Below, in pieces: positions 1 through 6,877 of a stretch of 64,000 nt of DNA. Made by a program: the position numbers and the translations under genes. Below the pieces are notes generated by a model, which was not told the origin of the DNA, searched no databases, and saw only the letters and a list, made by a program, of their open reading frames with translations. Each line of letters begins with the position of its first letter. The stretch's first letter is position 1. The DNA is from Bacteroidota bacterium (GTDB taxonomy: Bacteria; Bacteroidota; Bacteroidia; UKL13-3): NCBI GenBank assembly GCA_027491355.1, contig JAIXWI010000006.1:318-64317 (forward strand). The letters run 5' to 3'.

Positions 1-190
1 TGAATGGATTGCCAGAACCCATTAATAAAACTTGTCTTAACAAGTGTTTTGATTGGTTTGAAACAAGAATTAGTTAGGAGTGTGAATGGTTTTTGATGGG
101 TGGGGGGAATGAAGGTTTGTATTATTAGAAAATAACTAGTATTAATTTAGAGAGTGATGTTTTCTTTGATATTTAGAATTAGTAACGTTA

Positions 191-856
191 TTATTTAGTG
201 AAATAAACTACTCCAAACAAGGATATAGTTAATAAGATAATTATCAGCATTACTTTTTTAAAGTACCAATTAAATGTCAGATCTGTTTCGTTTGGATTTT
301 CAGCTAAATTCAAGATGCTGTCAAGGAAATTATTTATTACTTTAATAATTCGATTTTTGAATTCGATTTTTAAAATCTTTCCATCTTTAACAGTTATAAT
401 TTTAAAATAATTGAAATCAATTATTGCTTCTTCTATCAATTTACCATTAATCACAACTAAATCACCATTGTTTATTTTATATATGTTTTGATGTCTAATA
501 AAAATTTCTTCTCCATTTTTAGTAATGTATTTTTTCTCTTTCAGGAATATTTTTTTAATCTCACCATTCTGTATTTGATAATATACATTTCCATTTTCAA
601 GTTGATAGATGCCGTCAACTATTGGTAAGCCATCTTCTGTTGCCTTTGAACCTATTGTGACTTCGTCATTTCCCTTATTTGGTTCTACTTCTATTATTCT
701 TCTGCCCTTAATTGGTATTTTTATAATTCTTAACTTTTCAATACGAATAGTATTCAAATATTTTTTAACGGATTCAACGGAGTTTATTTCAATGTCATAA
801 ACTTCTTTTTTTATAAATACAGCATATTCCATCTTAGATTGAAGTTTAAGGGCCAA
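191..856 (-). CDS. hypothetical tail-anchored protein with MORN-like (YwqK-type) repeats
   Basis: 221-aa ORF whose tool-track start is TTG. It has repeated Y..NG..K / INNG motifs (YQLENGNVYYQIQNGEIKK, KNGEEIFI, INNGDLVVINGK) and a C-terminal hydrophobic helix VMLIIILLTISLFGVVYF. The frame stays open upstream to ~997 with no ATG, and a 49-codon ATG ORF (979..1125) sits in the adjacent frame. Confidence 0.5.
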   Translation of the reverse strand: MALKLQSKMEYAVFIKKEVYDIEINSVESVKKYLNTIRIEKLRIIKIPIKGRRIIEVEPNKGNDEVTIGSKATEDGLPIVDGIYQLENGNVYYQIQNGEIKKIFLKEKKYITKNGEEIFIRHQNIYKINNGDLVVINGKLIEEAIIDFNYFKIITVKDGKILKIEFKNRIIKVINNFLDSILNLAENPNETDLTFNWYFKKVMLIIILLTISLFGVVYFTK

Positions 857-978
857 TATATTTTCATTGATGAAACCATGACTGAAAATAAAACCTGCTC
901 CACTTACTTCAATAAAAATTGTATTTGGATCAATAAAATCCCATTTAGTAGTTTCAACTACTATACTGTTATTAGAAA

Positions 979-1125
979 TTAAAAGTTCTTTGTTACACTA
1001 ATTAAACTATTGGGGTTTTGCTCTTCAAGTAGTACCCATTGTTTATTTTCTAATAAGGTCAAATTATTTAGTCTTTCAGAAAATCTTTGAATGCTTGGTA
1101 TTATGTCTAGTAAATACGTAATCAT
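979..1125 (-). CDS. short ORF (49 aa); possible N-terminal fragment of the 191..997 reading frame separated by a frameshift
   Basis: Starts at ATG 1123-1125 (MITYLLDIIPSIQRFSERLNNLTLLENKQWVLLEEQNPNSLISVTKNF) and overlaps the open frame of the downstream ORF by 19 nt around an A4 run (981-984). Confidence 0.25.
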   Translation of the reverse strand: MITYLLDIIPSIQRFSERLNNLTLLENKQWVLLEEQNPNSLISVTKNF

Positions 1126-1264
1126 TTTAATTTAAAATAAATTTTAATATGGATTTTAGCCATTAAAGTGGTTAGTGGAACAATTGGGTAGTCACCTATT
1201 CCAAATATACAATTTAATAGTAAGATGTAAATGAAAAGGGTAAACGGAAGCTACGTTTCTTTCA

Positions 1265-1290
1265 AAAAAGTGTACCCCAAAGTGTACCCC
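1265..1290. repeat. direct repeat copy 1: AAAAAGTGTACCCCAAAGTGTACCCC (internal GTGTACCCC x2)
   Basis: Near-identical to 2987..3013. A CTTAGCC-TTC-GGCCAAG hairpin lies 83 bp downstream at 1374..1391. Confidence 0.7.
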
Positions 1291-1394
1291 GATTTAATAT
1301 ATTCAAAAACTCTGTTTTTTTCTTGAGCAAGCTCAATTTATTTTAGGGGATAATTGTGAGTGGAGGTATTTAGTTAGCCTTCGGCCAAGTAGTT

Positions 1395-1619
1395 TCACGA
1401 AGCAATGAGAATTTTATGTTCTCTGTCTGCAGCATACGAAAGAGCGGCTTGAAGCTCTTCTTCTGTCAATTCAGGAAAGTCACTCAGGATATCTTGCTTT
1501 GTCATTCCAGATGCAAACCAACCCAAAATATCATAAACGCTAATTCTCTTTCCACGTATGGAAGGTCGACCAAATCTGGTCTGTGCGTTTATTGTAATTC
1601 TTTCTGAATAGTGTTTCAT
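1395..1619 (-). CDS. DUF433 domain protein (antitoxin-like small DNA-binding protein)
   Basis: Tool ORF is 1395..1730. The ATG for MKHYSERITINAQTRFGRPSIRGKRISVYDILGWFASGMTKQDILSDFPELTEEELQAALSYAA lies at ~1619, giving ~74 aa. This is the typical DUF433 sequence signature. Confidence 0.7.
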   Translation of the reverse strand: MKHYSERITINAQTRFGRPSIRGKRISVYDILGWFASGMTKQDILSDFPELTEEELQAALSYAADREHKILIAS

Positions 1620-1722
1620 ATTGCTGAGATAAAAAAAGCAAACTGGTTTTAAATTATTGGTTTTTCTTGCATAACCGCCCTTTTTTGATGTCAAGCAGTT
1701 TTCATTACATCTGTATATACTC

Positions 1723-2751
1723 TTACTCAATTATTTTCCAATATCCTGTTTTGTCACTACCAATACGTTCTATTTTTCCGTTGTCTCTAAGTTCTTTAAT
1801 TTTTCTTCTTACGGTACTTAAACTCATTTTTAAGCGTTCGCCAATTTCCTTAGCTGTTATTTTGTTGTCTTGCTCAATGAATGAAAATACAGTGTCATTT
1901 ACAGTGTCATTTTGTGGTTTTACAGTGTCATTTACAGTGTCAGCTAGAATGTGCATTTCACGGTTTTTGAGTGAAAAATTCCCTTTAAGCAGCAAGTTTG
2001 AAAGAAAGCGGATTAAGAATTTTTCTGTCCTATAAATGCCCCTTGACAAGTCTTCGTAGTTAGCTCTTACCAATGCATTTCTGAAATACCAAGAGTAGTT
2101 GGCATACAAGTCATTGTTAACGTTTTTGAATCCTAATTTTCGCAAATACTTGATTAAAAAGATAGCGGTTGTTCGTGTGTTCCCTTCGCCAAAAATGTGA
2201 ATTTGCCACAGGTTTGAAATAAAGTGAGCTATGTGTTCTATAATTTCTTGCTCGCTTAGTCCTTTGTAACTAAATTTTCTTTCTTGCTCAAAGTCGTATT
2301 CTAAGGTTGCTCTTAAACTGTCAGCACTAGCATAAAGAACAGTTTCTCCGTTCAATACCCATTCTTTTTTTGTGATGTTGTAATCACGAATTTTTCCTGC
2401 AAAATTGTAAATACCAGTAAATAACCTACGATGAATTGTCAAATAATCTGCCAGTGAAAAAGTAAAGGTTTGCTCACTCAATATTTCAGCTATTCGTGCC
2501 GAAACTTTGTCGGCTTCTTCGGTTCTGTCTTCGTCTGTTTTGGTTGGGTGTTGTAAGTAGTAACTTTCAATGCGTTTTTTTACTTCATCAATTGTGATGT
2601 CACCTTCAATATTTTGTTTGGCCGTTTCAATGAGATATTCAGAAGGTTTTAAGCCATCCACTTGTTGCAAGCCAATAGCCGTTTTCCAAACCTTCGCTTT
2701 CTCTGCTTTGTTCGGCTCACCTTGTCTTAAATATTCATCAAAGTTTTCCAT
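1723..2751 (-). CDS. Fic/Doc family protein with C-terminal winged-helix DNA-binding domain; non-canonical Fic motif
   Basis: 342 aa. N-terminus has WKTAIGLQQVDGLKPSEYL, typical of Bacteroidetes Fic proteins. The Fic core is HIFGEGNTRTTAIF (HxFx[DE]GNxR, with T in place of the second Gly). C-terminus ITAKEIGERLKMSLSTVRRKIKELRDNGKIERIGSDKTGYW looks like a wHTH. The linker contains DTVN repeats. Confidence 0.8.
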   Translation of the reverse strand: MENFDEYLRQGEPNKAEKAKVWKTAIGLQQVDGLKPSEYLIETAKQNIEGDITIDEVKKRIESYYLQHPTKTDEDRTEEADKVSARIAEILSEQTFTFSLADYLTIHRRLFTGIYNFAGKIRDYNITKKEWVLNGETVLYASADSLRATLEYDFEQERKFSYKGLSEQEIIEHIAHFISNLWQIHIFGEGNTRTTAIFLIKYLRKLGFKNVNNDLYANYSWYFRNALVRANYEDLSRGIYRTEKFLIRFLSNLLLKGNFSLKNREMHILADTVNDTVKPQNDTVNDTVFSFIEQDNKITAKEIGERLKMSLSTVRRKIKELRDNGKIERIGSDKTGYWKIIE

Positions 2752-2986
2752 TATTTATTTTATAAAGGTCGTTTTTTTCTCTTATTCTTTGTTGTCTAAG
2801 TTAACGAATCTAACAATGGAAATTTACTGTTTTTTACTTATTTGTTATAGGGTGTAGTTAGGTTAGTAGGGTTGGCATCTAACTTAAAACTACCCAAATA
2901 AAGTTTCGAGTAATTTATTTACCGATTACCAAATTTAGGGGCATTTACTTTTTAGCTTAAGAATGGTATAAACTCAAATAGATTTT

Positions 2987-3013
2987 TAAAAGGTGTACCC
3001 CAAAATGTACCCC
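2987..3013. repeat. direct repeat copy 2: AAAAGGTGTACCCCAAAATGTACCCC
   Basis: Matches 1265..1290. A CTTAGCC-TTC-GGCCAAG hairpin lies at 3048..3065, so the two copies bracket the Fic-DUF433 pair. Confidence 0.7.
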
Positions 3014-3126
3014 AATGGATTTTGAATAACGATAGATTGTTTTACACTTAGCCTTCGGCCAAGTATAGGGTAAACTTAAAATTGTTTCAGTAATGTTTCA
3101 GTAGCGAGTTGTTGAAGGTATGTTGC

Positions 3127-3350
3127 TTAGCCTTCGGCTAAGTTGTCAATCAAAAGCAATGCTTTTTTCCTGTGCAAGCACAGTTCATTTCAATACAGTA
3201 TTTGATAAATTGGCAGGAGGGATTTTAGCCTGCGGCTAAGTTGTCAATCAAAAGCAATGCTTTTTTCCTGTGCAAGCACAGTTCATTTCAATACGGTATT
3301 TGATAAATTGGCAGGAGGGATTTTAGCCTGCGGCTAAGTTCCCTCCTGCC
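3127..3350. repeat. 98-bp tandem repeat (~2.3 copies), each unit starting with a TTAGCC-TKC-GGCTAA hairpin and containing the palindrome CTGTGC-AA-GCACAG
   Basis: Units begin at 3127, 3225 and 3323 and differ at only 2-3 positions. The last unit is truncated into a 13-bp inverted repeat, TTGGCAGGAGGGA (3308-3320) / TCCCTCCTGCCAA (3340-3352). Confidence 0.85.
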
Positions 3351-3369
3351 AATGCAGCCATAACAAAGC

Positions 3370-3393
3370 CACTGCTAACGCAGTGCTTTTTTT
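3370..3393 (+). terminator. putative intrinsic terminator on plus strand (CACTGC-TAAC-GCAGTG followed by CTTTTTTT)
   Basis: Perfect 6-bp stem, 4-nt loop, then a T7 run. No plus-strand CDS lies upstream, so it would terminate a non-coding transcript covering the repeat region. Confidence 0.4.
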
Positions 3394-3437
3394 GTTCTCA
3401 AATGCTTGTTTGTGCGAGCACAACGCGCATTTTTCGA

Positions 3438-3472
3438 ACAAAAAAAGGCCCAATTTTTCAATTGGGCCTTTG
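3438..3472 (-). terminator. intrinsic terminator downstream of tRNA-Phe (AAAGGCCCAATT-loop-AATTGGGCCTTT plus T-run on minus strand)
   Basis: Perfect 12-bp stem immediately 3' of the tRNA on the minus strand, followed by TTTTTTT. Confidence 0.65.
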
Positions 3473-3482
3473 TTCTTTCATG

Positions 3483-3555
3483 TGGTGTGGGAGGGAATCG
3501 AACCCCCGACACAAAGATTTTCAGTCTTTTGCTCTACCGACTGAGCTACCGCACC
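3483..3555 (-). tRNA. tRNA-Phe (anticodon GAA)
   Basis: Reverse complement reads GGTGCGGTAGCTCAGTCGGTAGAGCAAAAGACTGAAAATCTTTGTGTCGGGGGTTCGATTCCCTCCCACACCA. It has a D-arm GCTC/GAGC, anticodon stem AAAGA/TCTTT with loop CTGAAAA, and T-loop GGTTCGATTCC. One C:A mismatch sits at acceptor pair 5:68. CCA is not encoded. Confidence 0.85.
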
Positions 3556-3652
3556 TTCTCTATTAGAGGAATGCGAAGGTAAACATTTTGGTATTTATTC
3601 CAAATTTTTTTAATGATTTGTTCAGGTTCAGGGCTTTTCCTTATTTTGTGCC

Positions 3653-4957
3653 ATGTATCAATCCATTCTATTTGTACTTGTTAGTGCCGTTTCGGTTTAT
3701 TTCTTTGCAAGGAATCTGGCCAAAATACGCCGCAATATTCTATTGGGTAAAGACTTAGATCTTACCGACCAACCAGGTTTGCGTCTCAAAACCATGTTAA
3801 AAGTAGCTTTTGGTCAAACTAAAATGACCAGCAGACCCATTCCTGCTTTTTTTCATTTTATAGTTTATGTCGGTTTTGTGCTCATCAATATTGAGGTGCT
3901 TGAAATTTTAATGGATGGTATTTTTGGTACACACCGTGTATTTGCAGCCTTGGGTCCTGTTTACAATATTGCCATAGGCTTTTTTGAAATCCTAGCTGCA
4001 TTGGTAACCATTGCCTGTGTGGTTTTCTTAAGCAGACGTTTCATTTACAAATTGCAACGCTTGAATGCGCCTGAATTAAAAGGTTTCCCAACCAAAGATG
4101 CTGCTGGCATTTTAATTGTTGAAATTATACTCATGGGGGCTTTGTTGAAAATGAATGCCTGTGACCAAATTTTACAAGCCAGAAACGTAGCGCATTACAT
4201 TCAAGCAGGGTCGTTTCCAGTTTCACAATTTTTAGTTCCTTTCTTTGACACATGGACTTCTGAATCATTGGTCATAATGGAAAGAATTTTTTGGTGGTTC
4301 CATATCTTGGGCATTTTCGCCTTTATGAATTACTTACCTTTCAGTAAACATTTTCATATCATTTTGGCTTTTCCTAATACCTATTACTCAAGTTTAAAAG
4401 CCAAAGGGGAACTCAACAACATGGCATCAGTTACCCAAGAGGTGCAATTGATGTTAGATCCAAGTGCTGCAACACCTCCGGGTTATACAGCCCCTTCCAG
4501 TTTTGGTGTGAAAGATGTACAAGATTTAACTTGGAAAAATTTATTAGATGCCTACAGTTGTACTGAATGTGGTAGGTGTACCAGCATGTGTCCGCAAAAT
4601 TTAACGGGTAAACTTTTGTCGCCCCGTAAAATCATGATGGATACCCGAGACCGTTTAGAAGAAGTGGGTCGCAACATAGATAAAAACGGCAGTTTTGAGC
4701 CAGACAACAAGAACTTACATTCATATATTTCTGAAGAAGAATTATGGGCTTGCAATACCTGCAATGCTTGTGTAGAAGCTTGTCCAATCAATATCAACCC
4801 AATGGAAATTATTGTAGAAATGCGCAGGTACAAAGTAATGGAAGAATCAGCTGCACCTAGCTCACTCAACAACATGTTTGCCAATTTAGAAAACAACCAA
4901 GCGCCATGGCAATTCAGCCCTTCAGACAGAGGCAATTGGATGCAAGACCTTAATTAG
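3653..4957 (+). CDS. membrane-bound Fe-S oxidoreductase: HdrE/DsrM-like transmembrane domain fused to 2x[4Fe-4S] ferredoxin domain
   Basis: 434 aa. N-terminal region has ~5 hydrophobic helices. C-terminal part has CTECGRCTSMCP and CNTCNACVEACP cluster motifs. Confidence 0.8.
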   Translation: MYQSILFVLVSAVSVYFFARNLAKIRRNILLGKDLDLTDQPGLRLKTMLKVAFGQTKMTSRPIPAFFHFIVYVGFVLINIEVLEILMDGIFGTHRVFAALGPVYNIAIGFFEILAALVTIACVVFLSRRFIYKLQRLNAPELKGFPTKDAAGILIVEIILMGALLKMNACDQILQARNVAHYIQAGSFPVSQFLVPFFDTWTSESLVIMERIFWWFHILGIFAFMNYLPFSKHFHIILAFPNTYYSSLKAKGELNNMASVTQEVQLMLDPSAATPPGYTAPSSFGVKDVQDLTWKNLLDAYSCTECGRCTSMCPQNLTGKLLSPRKIMMDTRDRLEEVGRNIDKNGSFEPDNKNLHSYISEEELWACNTCNACVEACPININPMEIIVEMRRYKVMEESAAPSSLNNMFANLENNQAPWQFSPSDRGNWMQDLN

Positions 4958-4964
4958 TACAAAA

Positions 4965-5756
4965 ATGACAACAGAATTTAAAGTTCATACATTGGCAGAA
5001 TTAGCTGCTCAAGGAAAAGAAGCCGAAATGCTATTTTGGGTGGGTTGCGCTGGTAGTTTTGACGAACGTGCACAAAAAATAACCAAAGCAGTTGCTAAGC
5101 TATTACACAAAGCAGGGGTTCAATTTGCAGTCTTGGGTACTGAAGAATCGTGTACTGGAGATCCTGCTAAAAGAGCTGGAAACGAGTTTTTATTTCAGAT
5201 GATGGCCATGCAGAACATCAGTGTTTTGAATGGGTACCAAGTAAAAAAAATTGTGACGGCTTGTCCGCATTGTTTCAATACCATCAAAAATGAATACCCT
5301 GCATTAGACGGACATTACGAAGTTTTACACCACACTACTTTATTGAACCAATTGCTCGGTGAGGGCAGGTTAAAAATAGAAGGCGGTGCTTTTAAAGGCA
5401 AACGCATTACTTACCACGACAGTTGTTATTTAGGCCGAGCCAATGAGGTATATGAAGCCCCAAGGGCATTGATAGAAAAATTAGATGCCGCTTTGGTTGA
5501 AATGAAACACAGTAAAGCACAAGGATTGTGTTGTGGTGCTGGTGGTGCCCAAATGTTTAAAGAAGCAGAACAAGGCAAACAAGAAGTAAACATGATGCGT
5601 GCAACTGAAATGCTTGAAACTGGCTCCAGTACTGTTGCTGCAGCTTGTCCGTTTTGTATGACCATGCTCAGAGATGGCATCAAAAACAACAACAAAGAAC
5701 AAGAAGTTCAAGTGCTTGATGTAGCCGAGTTGATTGCCAACGCAATGGACTTGTAA
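4965..5756 (+). CDS. (Fe-S)-binding protein with two cysteine-rich CCG domains (HdrD/DsrK/GlpC-like)
   Basis: 263 aa with CPHCFNT, CYLG, CCGAGG and CPFCMT motifs. It lies 8 bp downstream of the preceding gene. Confidence 0.8.
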   Translation: MTTEFKVHTLAELAAQGKEAEMLFWVGCAGSFDERAQKITKAVAKLLHKAGVQFAVLGTEESCTGDPAKRAGNEFLFQMMAMQNISVLNGYQVKKIVTACPHCFNTIKNEYPALDGHYEVLHHTTLLNQLLGEGRLKIEGGAFKGKRITYHDSCYLGRANEVYEAPRALIEKLDAALVEMKHSKAQGLCCGAGGAQMFKEAEQGKQEVNMMRATEMLETGSSTVAAACPFCMTMLRDGIKNNNKEQEVQVLDVAELIANAMDL

Positions 5757-5767
5757 CAATAGCTTGC

Positions 5768-6877
5768 ATGAAAAAAGTTCTGGTTTTTTGTTTGCTTATT
5801 GGCTTTTTAAGTAGCGTAAATGCACAAGTAGACAATGTAGTTTTGACTGATCAGTTTCCTTTACAAGCTTCAGATTCTGGTCAATTTACTTTTGAAATTA
5901 ATACCAATTCATATTTCAGAAATACGGAATATTTTAACCCCATTGAATTGGGACGAACTTTGTTGGGTTATCAATTACAACCTCTCATGGCCTATCAACT
6001 CAATGCCCATGTTAAAATGCAAGCTGGTTTGTATTTAAGGAGAGATTTTGGGGCTGCAGCTGTATTTACCGAAATGCAACCAGTTTGGCGTATCAAAGCA
6101 CAAAAAGGAGCGTTTAGTATGTTGGTTGGAACTCTTGAAGGGGCTTTAACACATGGTTTTCATGAACCAATTTTTGATGTCAACCGATACATTGAAAGGC
6201 GCAATGAAGAAGGGTTACAATTTAAAATTCAAAATCAACAAACCTTCCTAGATTTATTCATTGATTGGAGCCGTTATATTTCTAGAAGTTCAAATGAACA
6301 AGAAAAATTTGTAGTGGGTTTGCATGCCAAACGTAACCTTTTGCCCAAAGCAAATAGGTTTAAAATCATCCCAGATTTACAAATTATTGGTAAGCACCAT
6401 GGAGGGCAAATTGGCAGCAATAACGATCCTGTTACTATGCGCTGGAATACTGCATTGGGTATCCGATTCGAACAAGGCAATGTTTATCAAAAAGGTTTTT
6501 TTGATGTCAATTACCTTACCTACTCAGAGCCTGATAAATCAGGTTTATGGCCAAGCCATTCAGGTTATGCTTACCTGTCTAGTTTAGGTGTTCAAAAAGG
6601 TGCTTTAACTTTATCTAGTACACTGTATTTGGGCAATCAATTTTTGGCACCCATTGGTACGCCCATTTATGCTTCACAATCAATAGAAAATCCAAAAGTT
6701 TACCAAGCTGAAAGAAAATTATGTTACCTGAGATTGTTATACGAAAAACCTTTGATGAAGAGTCAAATCAAAACATCACTCAGGTTAGAGCCAGTTTATG
6801 ATCTTAACAATGACTTATTTGATTATAGTTACTCACTGTATTTGGTGTACAATTTTAGCCACAAGCTTTCTAAATAA
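5768..6877 (+). CDS. hypothetical secreted / outer-membrane protein (probable beta-barrel)
   Basis: 369 aa with signal peptide MKKVLVFCLLIGFLSSVNAQ and alternating amphipathic segments. Starts 12 bp after the CCG-domain gene. Confidence 0.55.
   Translation: MKKVLVFCLLIGFLSSVNAQVDNVVLTDQFPLQASDSGQFTFEINTNSYFRNTEYFNPIELGRTLLGYQLQPLMAYQLNAHVKMQAGLYLRRDFGAAAVFTEMQPVWRIKAQKGAFSMLVGTLEGALTHGFHEPIFDVNRYIERRNEEGLQFKIQNQQTFLDLFIDWSRYISRSSNEQEKFVVGLHAKRNLLPKANRFKIIPDLQIIGKHHGGQIGSNNDPVTMRWNTALGIRFEQGNVYQKGFFDVNYLTYSEPDKSGLWPSHSGYAYLSSLGVQKGALTLSSTLYLGNQFLAPIGTPIYASQSIENPKVYQAERKLCYLRLLYEKPLMKSQIKTSLRLEPVYDLNNDLFDYSYSLYLVYNFSHKLSK

Noticed and set aside
1667-2035. 122-aa plus-strand ORF overlapping the Fic gene
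   Set aside because: It lies antisense to the well-supported Fic CDS and runs through its tandem 12-bp repeats. It is low-complexity and Leu/Ser/Phe-rich, typical of a spurious antisense frame.
2570-2857. 95-aa plus-strand ORF spanning the Fic 5' end and upstream region
   Set aside because: It is antisense to the Fic N-terminus and has no motif; the same-strand region upstream of Fic contains no ORF. I looked for an antitoxin-like small ORF upstream of Fic on the minus strand and found only 6-9 codon fragments.
3066-3400. Small peptides encoded in the tandem repeat
   Set aside because: A 43-codon frame starts at ATG ~3110, but the repeat period (98 bp) is not a multiple of 3. The frame therefore does not persist across units, and structure-rich non-coding function is more plausible.
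3483-3555. Possibility that the tRNA is a pseudo-tRNA because of the C:A mismatch at acceptor pair 5:68
   Set aside because: All other stems are perfect, the D- and T-loops are canonical, and it is followed by a strong terminator. A single mismatch is compatible with a functional tRNA, so I kept the tRNA-Phe call.
4552-4935. 127-aa minus-strand ORF inside the 4Fe-4S gene, and similar antisense ORFs (5426-5759, 9127-9779, 14706-15023, 16199-16550, 28921-29817, 36623-36937, 38474-38902, 42769-43379, 46013-46517, 47873-48358)
   Set aside because: All sit inside strongly supported genes on the opposite strand and lack motifs, which is typical antisense ORF noise in a low-GC genome.
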